Below are positions 23,966 through 32,000 of a stretch of DNA of 32,000 bases, piece after piece. Below the pieces are notes generated by a model. That model was not told where the DNA came from. It worked only from the letters and a program-made list of their open reading frames with translations, and ran no database searches. Origin of the DNA: Persephonella marina EX-H1 (GTDB taxonomy: Bacteria > Aquificota > Aquificia > Aquificales > Hydrogenothermaceae); contig NC_012440.1 in the NCBI RefSeq assembly GCF_000021565.1, positions 1,858,373 through 1,890,372 of the forward strand. The letters run 5' to 3'. The first letter of the stretch is position 1; the number at the start of each line of letters is the position of its first letter. A program made the translations under genes and the position numbers.

Positions 23966-25997
23966 TTCTTTTTCTGAAATACATCTCAAGCCATTTTAAT
24001 GCTTTTTCTGGCTTATCTATAAGATCCTCTTTACCATTTTTTATAAGAACCGCCTTCTGTTTCTCTGAGAGCTTATAGCTTTTCATAGCCTCTTTCTTTG
24101 CTTTATTTATCCATCTTTTTATCTTTTCCTTGTCCTGAAGGACATCTTCAGGAAGTTCAAGACCTGTTTTCTCAGATAGAGATCTTGCATAGGCTATCTG
24201 CTTTTCTGAAGGTTTTGTTTCCTTATGCTGATCAATAAACTCCTTAAGCTTTTCAGGATCATCAATTATGTCTGATATATCTTTGCCATGTTTTTTTGCA
24301 AGATCAAGGGCATAATCCTTCATCTTCTTGCTTATAACATTCTTCGCACCTTCAACAGACTTTCTGTATAGCTCCTCAACAAACTCCTTCCAGTCTTTTT
24401 TCTTCTCCTCAACAGCATCAAGAAACTCTTCCATCCTTCTTGTAAAATCGTAATCTATAACCCAGTTGTACTTCCCGTTAAGGTAGTCTATGAGATGGTA
24501 TGCAGCCTCTGTAGGTCTTAAAGAACCTCCTTCTTTTACAACATATCCTCTATCTTTTATCGTTTTTATGATCGTTGCGTATGTTGATGGCCTTCCTATC
24601 CCGAGCTCCTCAAGTTTTCTGACAAGACTTCCTTCAGTGTATCTTCCTGGAGGCTTTGTCCATTTTTCCTCAAGCTTCTGGTCTACTTTCTCTACTGTCT
24701 CTCCCTTTTTCAGATCAGGAAGTCTCTGGGTTTCTTCTTTATCCTCAATGTTGTAAACCTTCTTGTAACCGTCAAACTTAAGAACCGAACCTGTTGTTTT
24801 GAACACATATCCACCTATATCAAAGAGAGCGGTTGTTCTGTCATAAACAGCGTCTTTCATCTGGCTTGCTATAGTTCTCTGGTATATAAGCTTGAGAAGT
24901 TTAAAGTGATCCTCAGTAAGTCCTTTTTCAGATACTAGCTTTCTCTGTGTGTCCAGATCAACAAAGTTAGTTATTCTTATAGCCTCATGTGCATCTGCCT
25001 GTGTATTTTTTGATCTGTAAACCCTTGTTTTTGATGGTAGATACTCCTTACCAAAACTCTTTTCAATAAACTTCCTGATACCTGTTAGAGCCTCCTTTGA
25101 TATTCTGACACTATCAGTTCTGTGGTATGTTATAAGACCGTTCTCAAAAAGATCCTGAGCAAGCATCATCGTTTTCTCAGGTGCAAATCTAAGCTGTGAG
25201 TTTGCTGTCTGCTGTAGAGAAGATGTTGTGAATGGAGGCTTAGGAGACTGTTTTACCTCTTTCTTCTTAATATCCTTCACAACAGCCTGTCTGACAGTTT
25301 TTATACCCTCGTATATCTTCTTTGCAAGCTCTTTATCCTCAAGACGCTGTTTCTCGTAGTACGATACAAACTGTGTATCATCTTTCTTCAGAATAGCTGT
25401 AAGAACATAGTAAGGTGTTGGTTTGAACTGCTGTATCTCCCTTTCCCTCTCAACTATAAGCCTCACAGCTGGAGACTGAACTCTACCAACAGAGAACCTT
25501 CCTCCTATCTCCTTTGATGCTATAGGGGAGAGCGTATAACCAACTATCCTGTCCCCAACCCTTCTACCAAGGAAAGCATCAAAAAGTCCAAAGTTTGTCT
25601 GTTCAAATTTTGGTGCTTTTTTGATTATATCCTTGACATGTTTCTCTGTTATCTCATGAAACTCGGCTCTCTTTATATCTTTTGCCTTTTTCTTCAGCTC
25701 CTCATACATAAAGTATCCTATAGCATAACCCTCTCTATCAGGGTCTGTTGCTATATAAACCTCTGCATTCTCAGCGAGTTTTTTTACCTCTGAAAGCATC
25801 TTCCTGTGGTTTTTAGACTTTATCACAAACTTTGGTTTAAATGTTTTCAGATCAACACCCATCTCCTTCTCAGGGAGATCCTTAAAATGTCCTATTGTTG
25901 CTTTAACAGAGTATTCCTTACCTAAGAATTTCTGTATCTCCCTTGCTTTTTTCGGAGATTCCACTATTACAATCTTTTTAGTTTTCTTATCTCCCAT
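23955..25997 (-). CDS. topA: Type IA DNA topoisomerase (TopA-like), short cysteine-free form
   Basis: Toprim motifs (IVIVESPKKAREI, IATDPDREGYAIG). SVGRVQSPA. Active-site Tyr context LITYHRTDS. GIGRPSTYATII. Start set at the ATG at 25997 (GAGAGGT upstream), which removes the overlap with queC. Confidence 0.88.
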   Translation of the reverse strand: MGDKKTKKIVIVESPKKAREIQKFLGKEYSVKATIGHFKDLPEKEMGVDLKTFKPKFVIKSKNHRKMLSEVKKLAENAEVYIATDPDREGYAIGYFMYEELKKKAKDIKRAEFHEITEKHVKDIIKKAPKFEQTNFGLFDAFLGRRVGDRIVGYTLSPIASKEIGGRFSVGRVQSPAVRLIVEREREIQQFKPTPYYVLTAILKKDDTQFVSYYEKQRLEDKELAKKIYEGIKTVRQAVVKDIKKKEVKQSPKPPFTTSSLQQTANSQLRFAPEKTMMLAQDLFENGLITYHRTDSVRISKEALTGIRKFIEKSFGKEYLPSKTRVYRSKNTQADAHEAIRITNFVDLDTQRKLVSEKGLTEDHFKLLKLIYQRTIASQMKDAVYDRTTALFDIGGYVFKTTGSVLKFDGYKKVYNIEDKEETQRLPDLKKGETVEKVDQKLEEKWTKPPGRYTEGSLVRKLEELGIGRPSTYATIIKTIKDRGYVVKEGGSLRPTEAAYHLIDYLNGKYNWVIDYDFTRRMEEFLDAVEEKKKDWKEFVEELYRKSVEGAKNVISKKMKDYALDLAKKHGKDISDIIDDPEKLKEFIDQHKETKPSEKQIAYARSLSEKTGLELPEDVLQDKEKIKRWINKAKKEAMKSYKLSEKQKAVLIKNGKEDLIDKPEKALKWLEMYFRKRRKK

Positions 25998-25999
25998 CT

Positions 26000-26683
26000 T
26001 TACCTCTCTTTTTTGAACCATGGATCTTCAAGCCCAACTGATCTGAAAGCCTCAATCCTCTGTCTGCAGGTTGCACACTCACCACATGGAGGGATCGTCC
26101 CTCTGTAGCATGAGTATGTCTTTTCGTATGGAACACCAAGCTCCAGACCAATTCTCAAAACATCCGTTTTTGTCATACCTAAAAAAGGTGTATAAACTGT
26201 AATCCTGTTTTTCTTTTTTGCAACCATAACTGAAGAGGCATTGATAGCTGCCTCGGCAGCGGAAACAAACTCTGCTCTACAGTCAGGATACGGACTGTCA
26301 ACAGAGTGAACGCCTATACCTATATTTTCTATCTCATAAATATCAGCAAATGATGCCGCTATAGAGAGAAAGTTAAGATTTCTCATTGGAACTGTTGTTA
26401 CTGGTGGTCCTTCAGGATACTCCTCTGATGGTATCTCAACGGATCTGTCTGTTAATGCCGATCCCTTTATACCTTTTAGATGTGGAACTTCAGCTATAAA
26501 ATGCTCCTCAACACCTGCCTCTTCTGTAAGTTTTTTTGCAAAATCAAGCTCTACCCTGTGTTTCTGTCCGTAATCAAATGAGACAGCATAAACTTTATCA
26601 AACTCTTTTTTTGCAAGCCATAAAAGTGCAGCACTATCCATTCCTCCTGAAACGAGGATTATTATGCTACTGGACTGCTTCAT
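26000..26683 (-). CDS. queC: 7-cyano-7-deazaguanine synthase
   Basis: 227 aa. PP-loop VSGGMDSAAL and C-terminal Zn-Cys cluster CYRGTIPPCGECATCRQR. Confidence 0.93.
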   Translation of the reverse strand: MKQSSSIIILVSGGMDSAALLWLAKKEFDKVYAVSFDYGQKHRVELDFAKKLTEEAGVEEHFIAEVPHLKGIKGSALTDRSVEIPSEEYPEGPPVTTVPMRNLNFLSIAASFADIYEIENIGIGVHSVDSPYPDCRAEFVSAAEAAINASSVMVAKKKNRITVYTPFLGMTKTDVLRIGLELGVPYEKTYSCYRGTIPPCGECATCRQRIEAFRSVGLEDPWFKKER

Positions 26684-27089
26684 GTTTCTGAACTATCTCC
26701 TCCTTCTTTTCTTCTATCTTTTTTATCTTTCCACCTTTAACCTTAAGAGATCCTTCAAAAACACCTTTAGGCTCAATCAGTATCTGGTTGTAGTGTATTT
26801 CCCCAACAAACTTTCCACCTTCAAGAATCTCAACAATATTACAGTCAGCATTCCCATCAACAAAACCTTTAACTATGATCTTATCAGCAGTAATAACACC
26901 TTTAACCTTTCCGCTTTTACCAACCGTTACTATACCTTCACAGGATATATTACCTTCAACATAACCATCAATATGAACGGAACCTGAGAACCTAAGCTCA
27001 CCTCTGATCTGCGATCCTTCACTTATTATAGTTGTCTTAGAACTGCTAACTGGTAATCTCTCGTTATCGCCCTTATTAAAGATTCCCAT
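26667..27089 (-). CDS. Bactofilin (CcmA-like polymer-forming cytoskeletal protein)
   Basis: 140 aa with beta-helix repeats (TIISEGSQIRGELRFSGSVHIDGYVEGNISCEGIVTVGKSGKVKGVITADKIIVKGFVDGN). Has its own SD (GAGAGG, 8 nt upstream), located inside the 3' end of the M23 gene. Confidence 0.85.
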   Translation of the reverse strand: MGIFNKGDNERLPVSSSKTTIISEGSQIRGELRFSGSVHIDGYVEGNISCEGIVTVGKSGKVKGVITADKIIVKGFVDGNADCNIVEILEGGKFVGEIHYNQILIEPKGVFEGSLKVKGGKIKKIEEKKEEIVQKHEAVQ

Positions 27090-27919
27090 TGCACATGCCT
27101 CTCTTTTTCAAAGATTTTTTTGTAATCAAGTTTTTTCCACCTTATAAAATTGACAGGATTTAAAGGTCTTTGCAAGTATCTTATCTCATAATGGAGGTGA
27201 GGACCATTTATAAGACCTGTTCTTCCTGTATATCCGATAAGCTGTCCCTTTTCTATAAACTGGCCTGTTTTTACCTTTATCCTGCTCAGATGTCCGTAAA
27301 GTGTTTTAAACCCGTAGTTATGCTGAATTATTATAAGCTTCCCATAATTTCCCTTTCTCCCAGCATACTCAACTATCCCGTTAGCTGTTGCATAAACAGG
27401 GGTTCCGATCTTTGCCCTGAGATCAACACCTGGATGAAAATCCCTATTACCGTTAACAGGATGTTTCCTGTACCCAAATCTGCTTGTTATTACTGTCTCC
27501 CTCAGTGGAGAGCCATTTGGAACATTCTTAAAAAGAAAGTATATCTGTGATGTTGTAAGTGATACCTTTACTATCCTGTCAGATATATCAATATCCTCTT
27601 CAGGCTTCAGACCCATCATCTCTTCAATATTTTCAAGTTTTACCGAAAGCTGCTGGAGTTCTGCGGTTTTTTTATCTATATTCAGTTTTAGATCTATATT
27701 CTCAAGTATAAGCTGCCGGTTTTTCTTCATAAGCTCCTGCTTTTTCCTGTCAAGCTCGCTCACCTGGTAGTACAGGTACAGAATAACAGCAGAGCTTAAA
27801 AGTATGAAAAGAACAAGAAAAGCTGAAAAATATATGAAAAACTTTTTTACAAACTGTTTTAATGTGTACTGCTTAACACCATTTACATCATGAATTGTTA
27901 TCGTAAATCTGTCTCTCAT
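27026..27919 (-). CDS. M23-family (LytM) peptidoglycan metalloendopeptidase with N-terminal TM and coiled coil
   Basis: HPGVDLRA (HxxxD) and GPHLHYEI (HxH) zinc motifs. One TM segment (FFIYFSAFLVLFILLSSAVILYLY) followed by a coiled-coil segment. Confidence 0.88.
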   Translation of the reverse strand: MRDRFTITIHDVNGVKQYTLKQFVKKFFIYFSAFLVLFILLSSAVILYLYYQVSELDRKKQELMKKNRQLILENIDLKLNIDKKTAELQQLSVKLENIEEMMGLKPEEDIDISDRIVKVSLTTSQIYFLFKNVPNGSPLRETVITSRFGYRKHPVNGNRDFHPGVDLRAKIGTPVYATANGIVEYAGRKGNYGKLIIIQHNYGFKTLYGHLSRIKVKTGQFIEKGQLIGYTGRTGLINGPHLHYEIRYLQRPLNPVNFIRWKKLDYKKIFEKERHVQWESLIRAITRDYQLAVLRQL

Positions 27920-27921
27920 GA

Positions 27922-29034
27922 TTAGTTCTGCTGTTTTTCAGCGGCACGCCATTTAAGGTAGCTCTCAATAAACGGATCTATATCTCCATCCATAACAGCC
28001 TGTATATTCCCCGTCTCATAACCTGTTCTGAGATCTTTTACCATCTGGTAAGGCTGGAACACGTATGATCTTATCTGGCTTCCCCATGATATATCCTTCT
28101 TCTCACCTTCAAGCTCCTTCTGTTTTTCCTTCTGCTTCTCAAGCTCATACTGGTAGAGTTTTGCCTTTAACATCTGGAGTGCCTTCGCTCTGTTCTGGAT
28201 CTGTGATCTCTCGCTCTGGCAAGATACTGTTATACCTGTAGGTATGTGGACTATCCTCACAGCTGAGTCTGTTGTGTTAACATGCTGTCCGCCAGCACCT
28301 GAAGCCCTGAATGTGTCTATCCTGAGATCTTCCTCTTTTATCTCAACCTTCACCTCATCACCTATCTCAGGTATTACTGATACTGCTGAGAAAGATGTAT
28401 GTCTTCTTTTGTTTGCATCAAAAGGTGAAATTCTTACAAGTCTGTGAACTCCCTGTTCTCCTTTAAGGTATCCGTATGCGTAAGGGCCTTTTACTATAAA
28501 TGTTGCACTTTTTATCCCTGCAACATCATCAGGCTGATAATCAACCATCTCCACATCAAAGCCGTTCTTCTCAGCCCATCTGAGATACATTCTGAGGAGC
28601 ATCTCCGTCCAGTCACAGGCCTCAACACCACCTGAGCCTGCCTGGAGTGTGACTATAGCATTTTTCATATCGTACTCTTCAGAAAGGAGGCTTGCTGTTT
28701 CAAGTTTTGTTATCTCTTTATCTAATGCTTCTATCTCCCTTTTTATCTCATCTTCTGTCTCCTTGTCGTACTCAAGCTCGAGGAGTTCTATAAACTCCTT
28801 TATATCATTTATCTTTTTCTCTACAGACTCTATCTCCTGTATCTTGTTTGCTATAGCATTTCTCTTTGATGATATCTCCTGAGCCTTCTTTGTGTCATTC
28901 CAGAAATCAGGTCTTCCCATCTCCTGATCAAGTTTAAAAAGTTCTCCCCTTAAAGATTCAGGATCAAGTATCTCCTTTATATTATTAAACTTATTTTCAA
29001 GCTGCTCTAACTTTTCCTTAAACTCCATTATCAT
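27922..29034 (-). CDS. prfB: Peptide chain release factor 2, encoded in one uninterrupted frame
   Basis: 370 aa. SPF tripeptide ([15 protein letters not shown]) and GGQ (SGAGGQHVN). SD GGAAGGTGAT upstream of the ATG at 29034. Confidence 0.95.
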   Translation of the reverse strand: MIMEFKEKLEQLENKFNNIKEILDPESLRGELFKLDQEMGRPDFWNDTKKAQEISSKRNAIANKIQEIESVEKKINDIKEFIELLELEYDKETEDEIKREIEALDKEITKLETASLLSEEYDMKNAIVTLQAGSGGVEACDWTEMLLRMYLRWAEKNGFDVEMVDYQPDDVAGIKSATFIVKGPYAYGYLKGEQGVHRLVRISPFDANKRRHTSFSAVSVIPEIGDEVKVEIKEEDLRIDTFRASGAGGQHVNTTDSAVRIVHIPTGITVSCQSERSQIQNRAKALQMLKAKLYQYELEKQKEKQKELEGEKKDISWGSQIRSYVFQPYQMVKDLRTGYETGNIQAVMDGDIDPFIESYLKWRAAEKQQN

Positions 29035-29112
29035 CTTTAATCACCTTCCTTTTTCTCCCGCTATATTTTATATCTTTTACAGGAAATCTCAAGGATAAAA
29101 AAAGATTATATA

Positions 29113-29502
29113 TCAATTATTTGGCTGGGGTGGATTCATATAAGCTGTTAAAAATCCTGCTGAAACAACAAGCGGTATAACTATTATAACAGTAACAAGA
29201 GCTGCAAAGAAAACTGTGATGATAGTTCTTATCCAGCTCTCATTAAATGTCAGTTTGGCTATAAAAACCTGTATAATCAGGCCAACAAGTACAGATAGAC
29301 CGAATGCTGCTATTCCCTTAAAATCAGGAGCTGCAAACTTAAGTAGTGCCCTTGTAGCTCCTATACCAACATATGCAAAAAGTGTGACAAGAAATGAGTA
29401 CTTAAAAGATGGTCTTTTGAATAGAGAAAGCTTGGATGAATACCAGAATGAAAAACTTCCAGCCACAAGAACTATCGCCGAAAGAACAAAAACCTCTACC
29501 AT
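29113..29502 (-). CDS. Small integral membrane protein (about 4 TM), unknown function
   Basis: 129 aa containing four hydrophobic stretches. AGGAAGGTGAG SD. Starts 12 nt after the upstream methyltransferase gene. Confidence 0.6.
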   Translation of the reverse strand: MVEVFVLSAIVLVAGSFSFWYSSKLSLFKRPSFKYSFLVTLFAYVGIGATRALLKFAAPDFKGIAAFGLSVLVGLIIQVFIAKLTFNESWIRTIITVFFAALVTVIIVIPLVVSAGFLTAYMNPPQPNN

Positions 29503-29514
29503 TTTCTCACCTTC

Positions 29515-30696
29515 CTAAAGTTTGTATCTCTCACTGGAGTATGGGAGTATCTCAAGACCTTTTAAATGGGGATTTTCCACATTTTTATGCTGTATAAGAA
29601 CCTTAAACTTCTCACCCATACCTTTTGGCAGAACAAGTGTTTTCAGTCTGTTCAGCCTCTCGTAAGACTCATAATCTCCCTTCTCCTGCAGCTGAGCAAA
29701 GATATCCATAAGACCAAGGTTTGTAAGAAAGTGTGCCTGATCTGTAAATCCTGTCAGCTCAAGTCCTGCTATTTTTCCGTAGTAGTTAAGTGCTGAGAAA
29801 TTAACATGCGATGTTATATCCTGCATACCGACATTTTCGTAGTAGTTCTCAGAGTATCTGTGTTTGTAGTAACACAGAAGCGTTCCTTTCATCCTGTAGT
29901 ATTTGTAAAGCTCAGCAGATGGATAACCGTAATCTATCGTTATAACGTAACCTTTTTTCAGCTTTTTCCCTATCTTCTGGATATAATCTGCAGCATCAAG
30001 ATTTATCTCTGTTGTCATTCCCTCAGGTATGTTTATATTGAGCTCCTTCAGGTATCTGATTATATCCTCAGATGGATCTTTAAGTATCTCCTTCACATTG
30101 TCATCCTGATCCACAGTTATATAGATCTCGTATATCTTCCCATTTATCTTTCTTATCAGATGAACAGGGAAAGAGTCAAAAAGCTCATTTGAGAAAATAA
30201 CGCCTGTTATACTCTCATCCTCAAAATCTATTATGTCCTGAACCCATCTGACATTATCAAAACTCTTCAGTATCTCCTTCTGGAGATTAACATGGTAAGG
30301 TGATTTTTCAATAATGATATACTCAGAATTTCTGTAAACATCTTCAAAATTGGCTCTTAAGAAGTTCAGTATATCGTAGGCGAGATATCCTTTCCCTGCC
30401 CCTATCTCAACTATCTGGAAATTTTTTTCACCCAACTTCTGGTATATCTCAACAAACTGTTTTCCAAGAAGCTCTCCAAAAGCTTTATCAAGTTCTGAAG
30501 CTGTAAAAAAATCACCATATCCACCTATCTTTGCCTTAGGAGAGGTGTAATATCCAAGTTCAGGATAGTAAAGGGCTATATCCATAAAATCCCTGAATGA
30601 TATTGAACCTTCCTTCTTTATCCTGTTCTTAATGATATTCACAAGCTGTTGTTTACCTGTCAGTTTCATCATCTGTATCATCTTATAGAATTTCAC
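29515..30696 (-). CDS. Class I SAM-dependent methyltransferase, MidA/NDUFAF7 (DUF185) family
   Basis: FRDFMDIALYYPELGYYTS, GDFFTASELDKAFGELL, and SAM-binding VEIGAGKGYLAYDIL. The true start may be one of the nearby downstream Met codons. Confidence 0.8.
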   Translation of the reverse strand: MKFYKMIQMMKLTGKQQLVNIIKNRIKKEGSISFRDFMDIALYYPELGYYTSPKAKIGGYGDFFTASELDKAFGELLGKQFVEIYQKLGEKNFQIVEIGAGKGYLAYDILNFLRANFEDVYRNSEYIIIEKSPYHVNLQKEILKSFDNVRWVQDIIDFEDESITGVIFSNELFDSFPVHLIRKINGKIYEIYITVDQDDNVKEILKDPSEDIIRYLKELNINIPEGMTTEINLDAADYIQKIGKKLKKGYVITIDYGYPSAELYKYYRMKGTLLCYYKHRYSENYYENVGMQDITSHVNFSALNYYGKIAGLELTGFTDQAHFLTNLGLMDIFAQLQEKGDYESYERLNRLKTLVLPKGMGEKFKVLIQHKNVENPHLKGLEILPYSSERYKL

Positions 30697-30739
30697 CTCT
30701 CAAAATTATAGATTAATTTTCAAAAAAGGGGGAAGGGAT

Positions 30740-31048
30740 ATGCTTATAATACAGATCATACTCTTTATTCTAACAGATATATCTTTCTCCCTTGAAAAAG
30801 CTGTTATTCAGAAAAAGCCAGATCATATACATATAAAGTCTGAGGTAATCCCAGACTATAAAAATAAAAAAATCAAAAAATACAGAAAGAGTAAAAGGGA
30901 GAAGTATTATATAACAAAGGAAAATGGAAAGATATACCACAGACCTTCATGCAGGTTTGCGAAGAGGATAAAAAATAAGGTAAAGATCAAAAGTATAAGA
31001 TCAGCAAAAAGGAAAGGTCTTCGTCCATGCAAAGTATGTAAGCCATAG
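30740..31048 (+). CDS. Small, very basic signal-anchored protein with C-terminal Ada-type Zn-binding-like motif
   Basis: GGGGGAAGGG SD. Hydrophobic N-terminus. C-terminal IYHRPSCRFAKRIKNKVKIKSIRSAKRKGLRPCKVCKP parallels the Ada N-terminal pattern (YCRPSC ... G-RPCK-C-P), with His in place of the first Cys. Confidence 0.55.
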   Translation: MLIIQIILFILTDISFSLEKAVIQKKPDHIHIKSEVIPDYKNKKIKKYRKSKREKYYITKENGKIYHRPSCRFAKRIKNKVKIKSIRSAKRKGLRPCKVCKP

Positions 31049-31092
31049 ATCTGTGTTGTATAATTAAAAACCAAAAACTCAGAGGGACAATC

Positions 31093-32000
31093 ATGTGCGG
31101 AATTATAGGATATATAGGAAAAAGGAATGCTGTTCCTGTCCTGCTTTATGGTCTTCAGAGACTTGAGTATAGAGGATACGACTCTGCAGGTATATCTGTA
31201 ATAGATAAAACCGGAAACAAGATCATTGTAGAGAAACAGGTTGGTAAGATAAAAGATCTTCAGGAACATCTCTGGAACAAAAAGATAGAAGGCCATATAG
31301 GCGTGGGTCACTCGCGATGGGCCACACACGGCAGTCCGACCATTGAAAATGCTCATCCCCACACAAGCCAGAAAGGAACAATATCTATAGTCCACAACGG
31401 GATAATAGAGAACTACCTTGAGCTGAAAAAGGAGCTTATCGAAAAAGGATACAGATTCAGATCAGAGACAGACACAGAGGTTATAGCCCATCTTTTTGAG
31501 GATTTTTACACCGGAGATCTTCTTGAGACAGCCTTAAAGGTTGCAAAAAAACTTGACGGAGCTTATGCGGTAGGAGTCATATCAACATACGAGCCTGACA
31601 GGATTATCGCCATAAAAAAGGGAAGTCCACTTATCATAGGTCTTGGAAAAGATGAGAACTTTATAGCATCAGACATTCCGGCAGTTTTAGAGTACACAAA
31701 AGATTTTATAGCACTTGAGGATGGAGAGATAGCACTTGTAACAAAGGATAATGTAGAGATCTACAATCTTGAAGGAAAAAAACTAAACAAAAAACCGTTC
31801 CATGTAACATGGGATGTATCTGTTGCTGAAAAAGCCGGATACAAACATTTTATGCAGAAGGAGATACACGAACAGCCGAGAACTATCGGAGACACAATAA
31901 CAGGATTCTTATCATCAAAGGATGAAGACCTTTACAGAATGATAAAAGATACAGACAAACTTTATATAATAGCCTGTGGAACATCATACCACGCTGCACT
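31093..32000 (+). CDS. glmS: Glutamine--fructose-6-phosphate aminotransferase, N-terminal about 302 codons (continues beyond window end)
   Basis: Absent from the ORF track because it has no stop within the window. Translation from the ATG at 31093 gives MCGIIGYIGKRNAVPVLLYGLQRLEYRGYDSAGISV...GHSRWATHG...HPH...VHNGIIENY. It has the Ntn Cys2 nucleophile and the class II glutamine amidotransferase signature. Confidence 0.95.
   Translation, partial: MCGIIGYIGKRNAVPVLLYGLQRLEYRGYDSAGISVIDKTGNKIIVEKQVGKIKDLQEHLWNKKIEGHIGVGHSRWATHGSPTIENAHPHTSQKGTISIVHNGIIENYLELKKELIEKGYRFRSETDTEVIAHLFEDFYTGDLLETALKVAKKLDGAYAVGVISTYEPDRIIAIKKGSPLIIGLGKDENFIASDIPAVLEYTKDFIALEDGEIALVTKDNVEIYNLEGKKLNKKPFHVTWDVSVAEKAGYKHFMQKEIHEQPRTIGDTITGFLSSKDEDLYRMIKDTDKLYIIACGTSYHAA

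Noticed and set aside
23955-26683. queC next to a topoisomerase as a possible 7-deazaguanine DNA-modification (Dpd-like) island
   Set aside because: No tgt/dpdA-like, dpdB/C, queD, queE or folE genes, helicases or nucleases are nearby. The neighbours are housekeeping genes in one tight operon. queC is most simply the queuosine pathway gene.
27922-29034. Looked for the programmed +1 frameshift site (CUU UGA) common in bacterial prfB
   Set aside because: The RF2 ORF is continuous from MIMEFKEK through the SPF and GGQ motifs, and there is no in-frame UGA near codons 20-30. This prfB is simply unframeshifted, as in a minority of bacteria.
29806-30192. 128-aa plus-strand ORF (and 29566-29796, 29216-29518) antisense to the methyltransferase and membrane protein genes
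   Set aside because: Shadow ORFs with implausible composition. The opposite-strand genes carry clear motifs.
31049-31092. Possible glmS ribozyme upstream of glmS
   Set aside because: Only 44 nt separate the upstream stop from the glmS ATG, far too short for the ribozyme. No conserved core is visible.
30907-31395. 162-aa minus-strand ORF in the track
   Set aside because: It overlaps the 3' end of the 30740-31048 gene and the unmistakable glmS 5' coding region (MCGIIGY...) on the opposite strand. Its sequence is low-complexity and Cys/Phe/Tyr-rich with no SD. It is an antisense artefact.
1-32000. Scan for tRNA/rRNA genes, CRISPR arrays, IS elements, integrases and prophage or defence-island signatures
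   Set aside because: The intergenic gaps are either too short or too AT-rich and unstructured for tRNAs. No direct-repeat arrays, terminal inverted repeats, transposase, integrase or nuclease/helicase-type ORFs were seen. The window looks like core chromosome.

Overview
AT-rich, very gene-dense chromosomal segment. I count about 36 credible CDS, with little intergenic DNA and many ATGA/TTGA stop-start overlaps. The K/E/I-rich proteins and gene content suggest a thermophilic, Aquificota-like bacterium, but that taxon call is inference only. Most of the window is housekeeping: valS (5' end), argG, mtaB, ybeY, phoH-like, rimM, ribF, recX, recA, gatC, a type IA topoisomerase, queC, prfB and glmS (5' part). 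I saw no rRNA or tRNA genes, CRISPR array, transposase or integrase. The main candidate for an undescribed system is an envelope gene cluster at about 7.5-14.2 kb. A minus-strand operon there encodes a CsgG-like lipoprotein, a 624-aa secreted multidomain protein, two LPP20/FlgP-like lipoproteins and an MltC-like lytic transglycosylase. It is flanked by a divergent third LPP20-like lipoprotein and a second, convergent SLT-type transglycosylase. The domain set resembles the Vibrio FlgO/FlgP/FlgT and Campylobacter FlgP outer-membrane ring components, or a CsgG-type channel, but no flagellar or curli genes sit nearby. Other points worth a second look: (1) pilT sits between recA and recX, at the head of a translationally coupled chain running through recX and ribF into a 934-aa TPR protein, with exbB-exbD following closely; (2) that ExbB/ExbD pair has no TonB nearby; (3) an M23 peptidase and a bactofilin overlap, as in a cell-shape module; (4) the type IA topoisomerase has no cysteine at all; (5) an 18-nt pure C/T tract plus an orphan intrinsic terminator lies in the gatC-topoisomerase spacer; (6) a perfect 14-bp palindrome carries TATAAT on both strands between argG and a TPR gene. 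All functional calls rest on motifs read by eye from the supplied translations. No database search was run.
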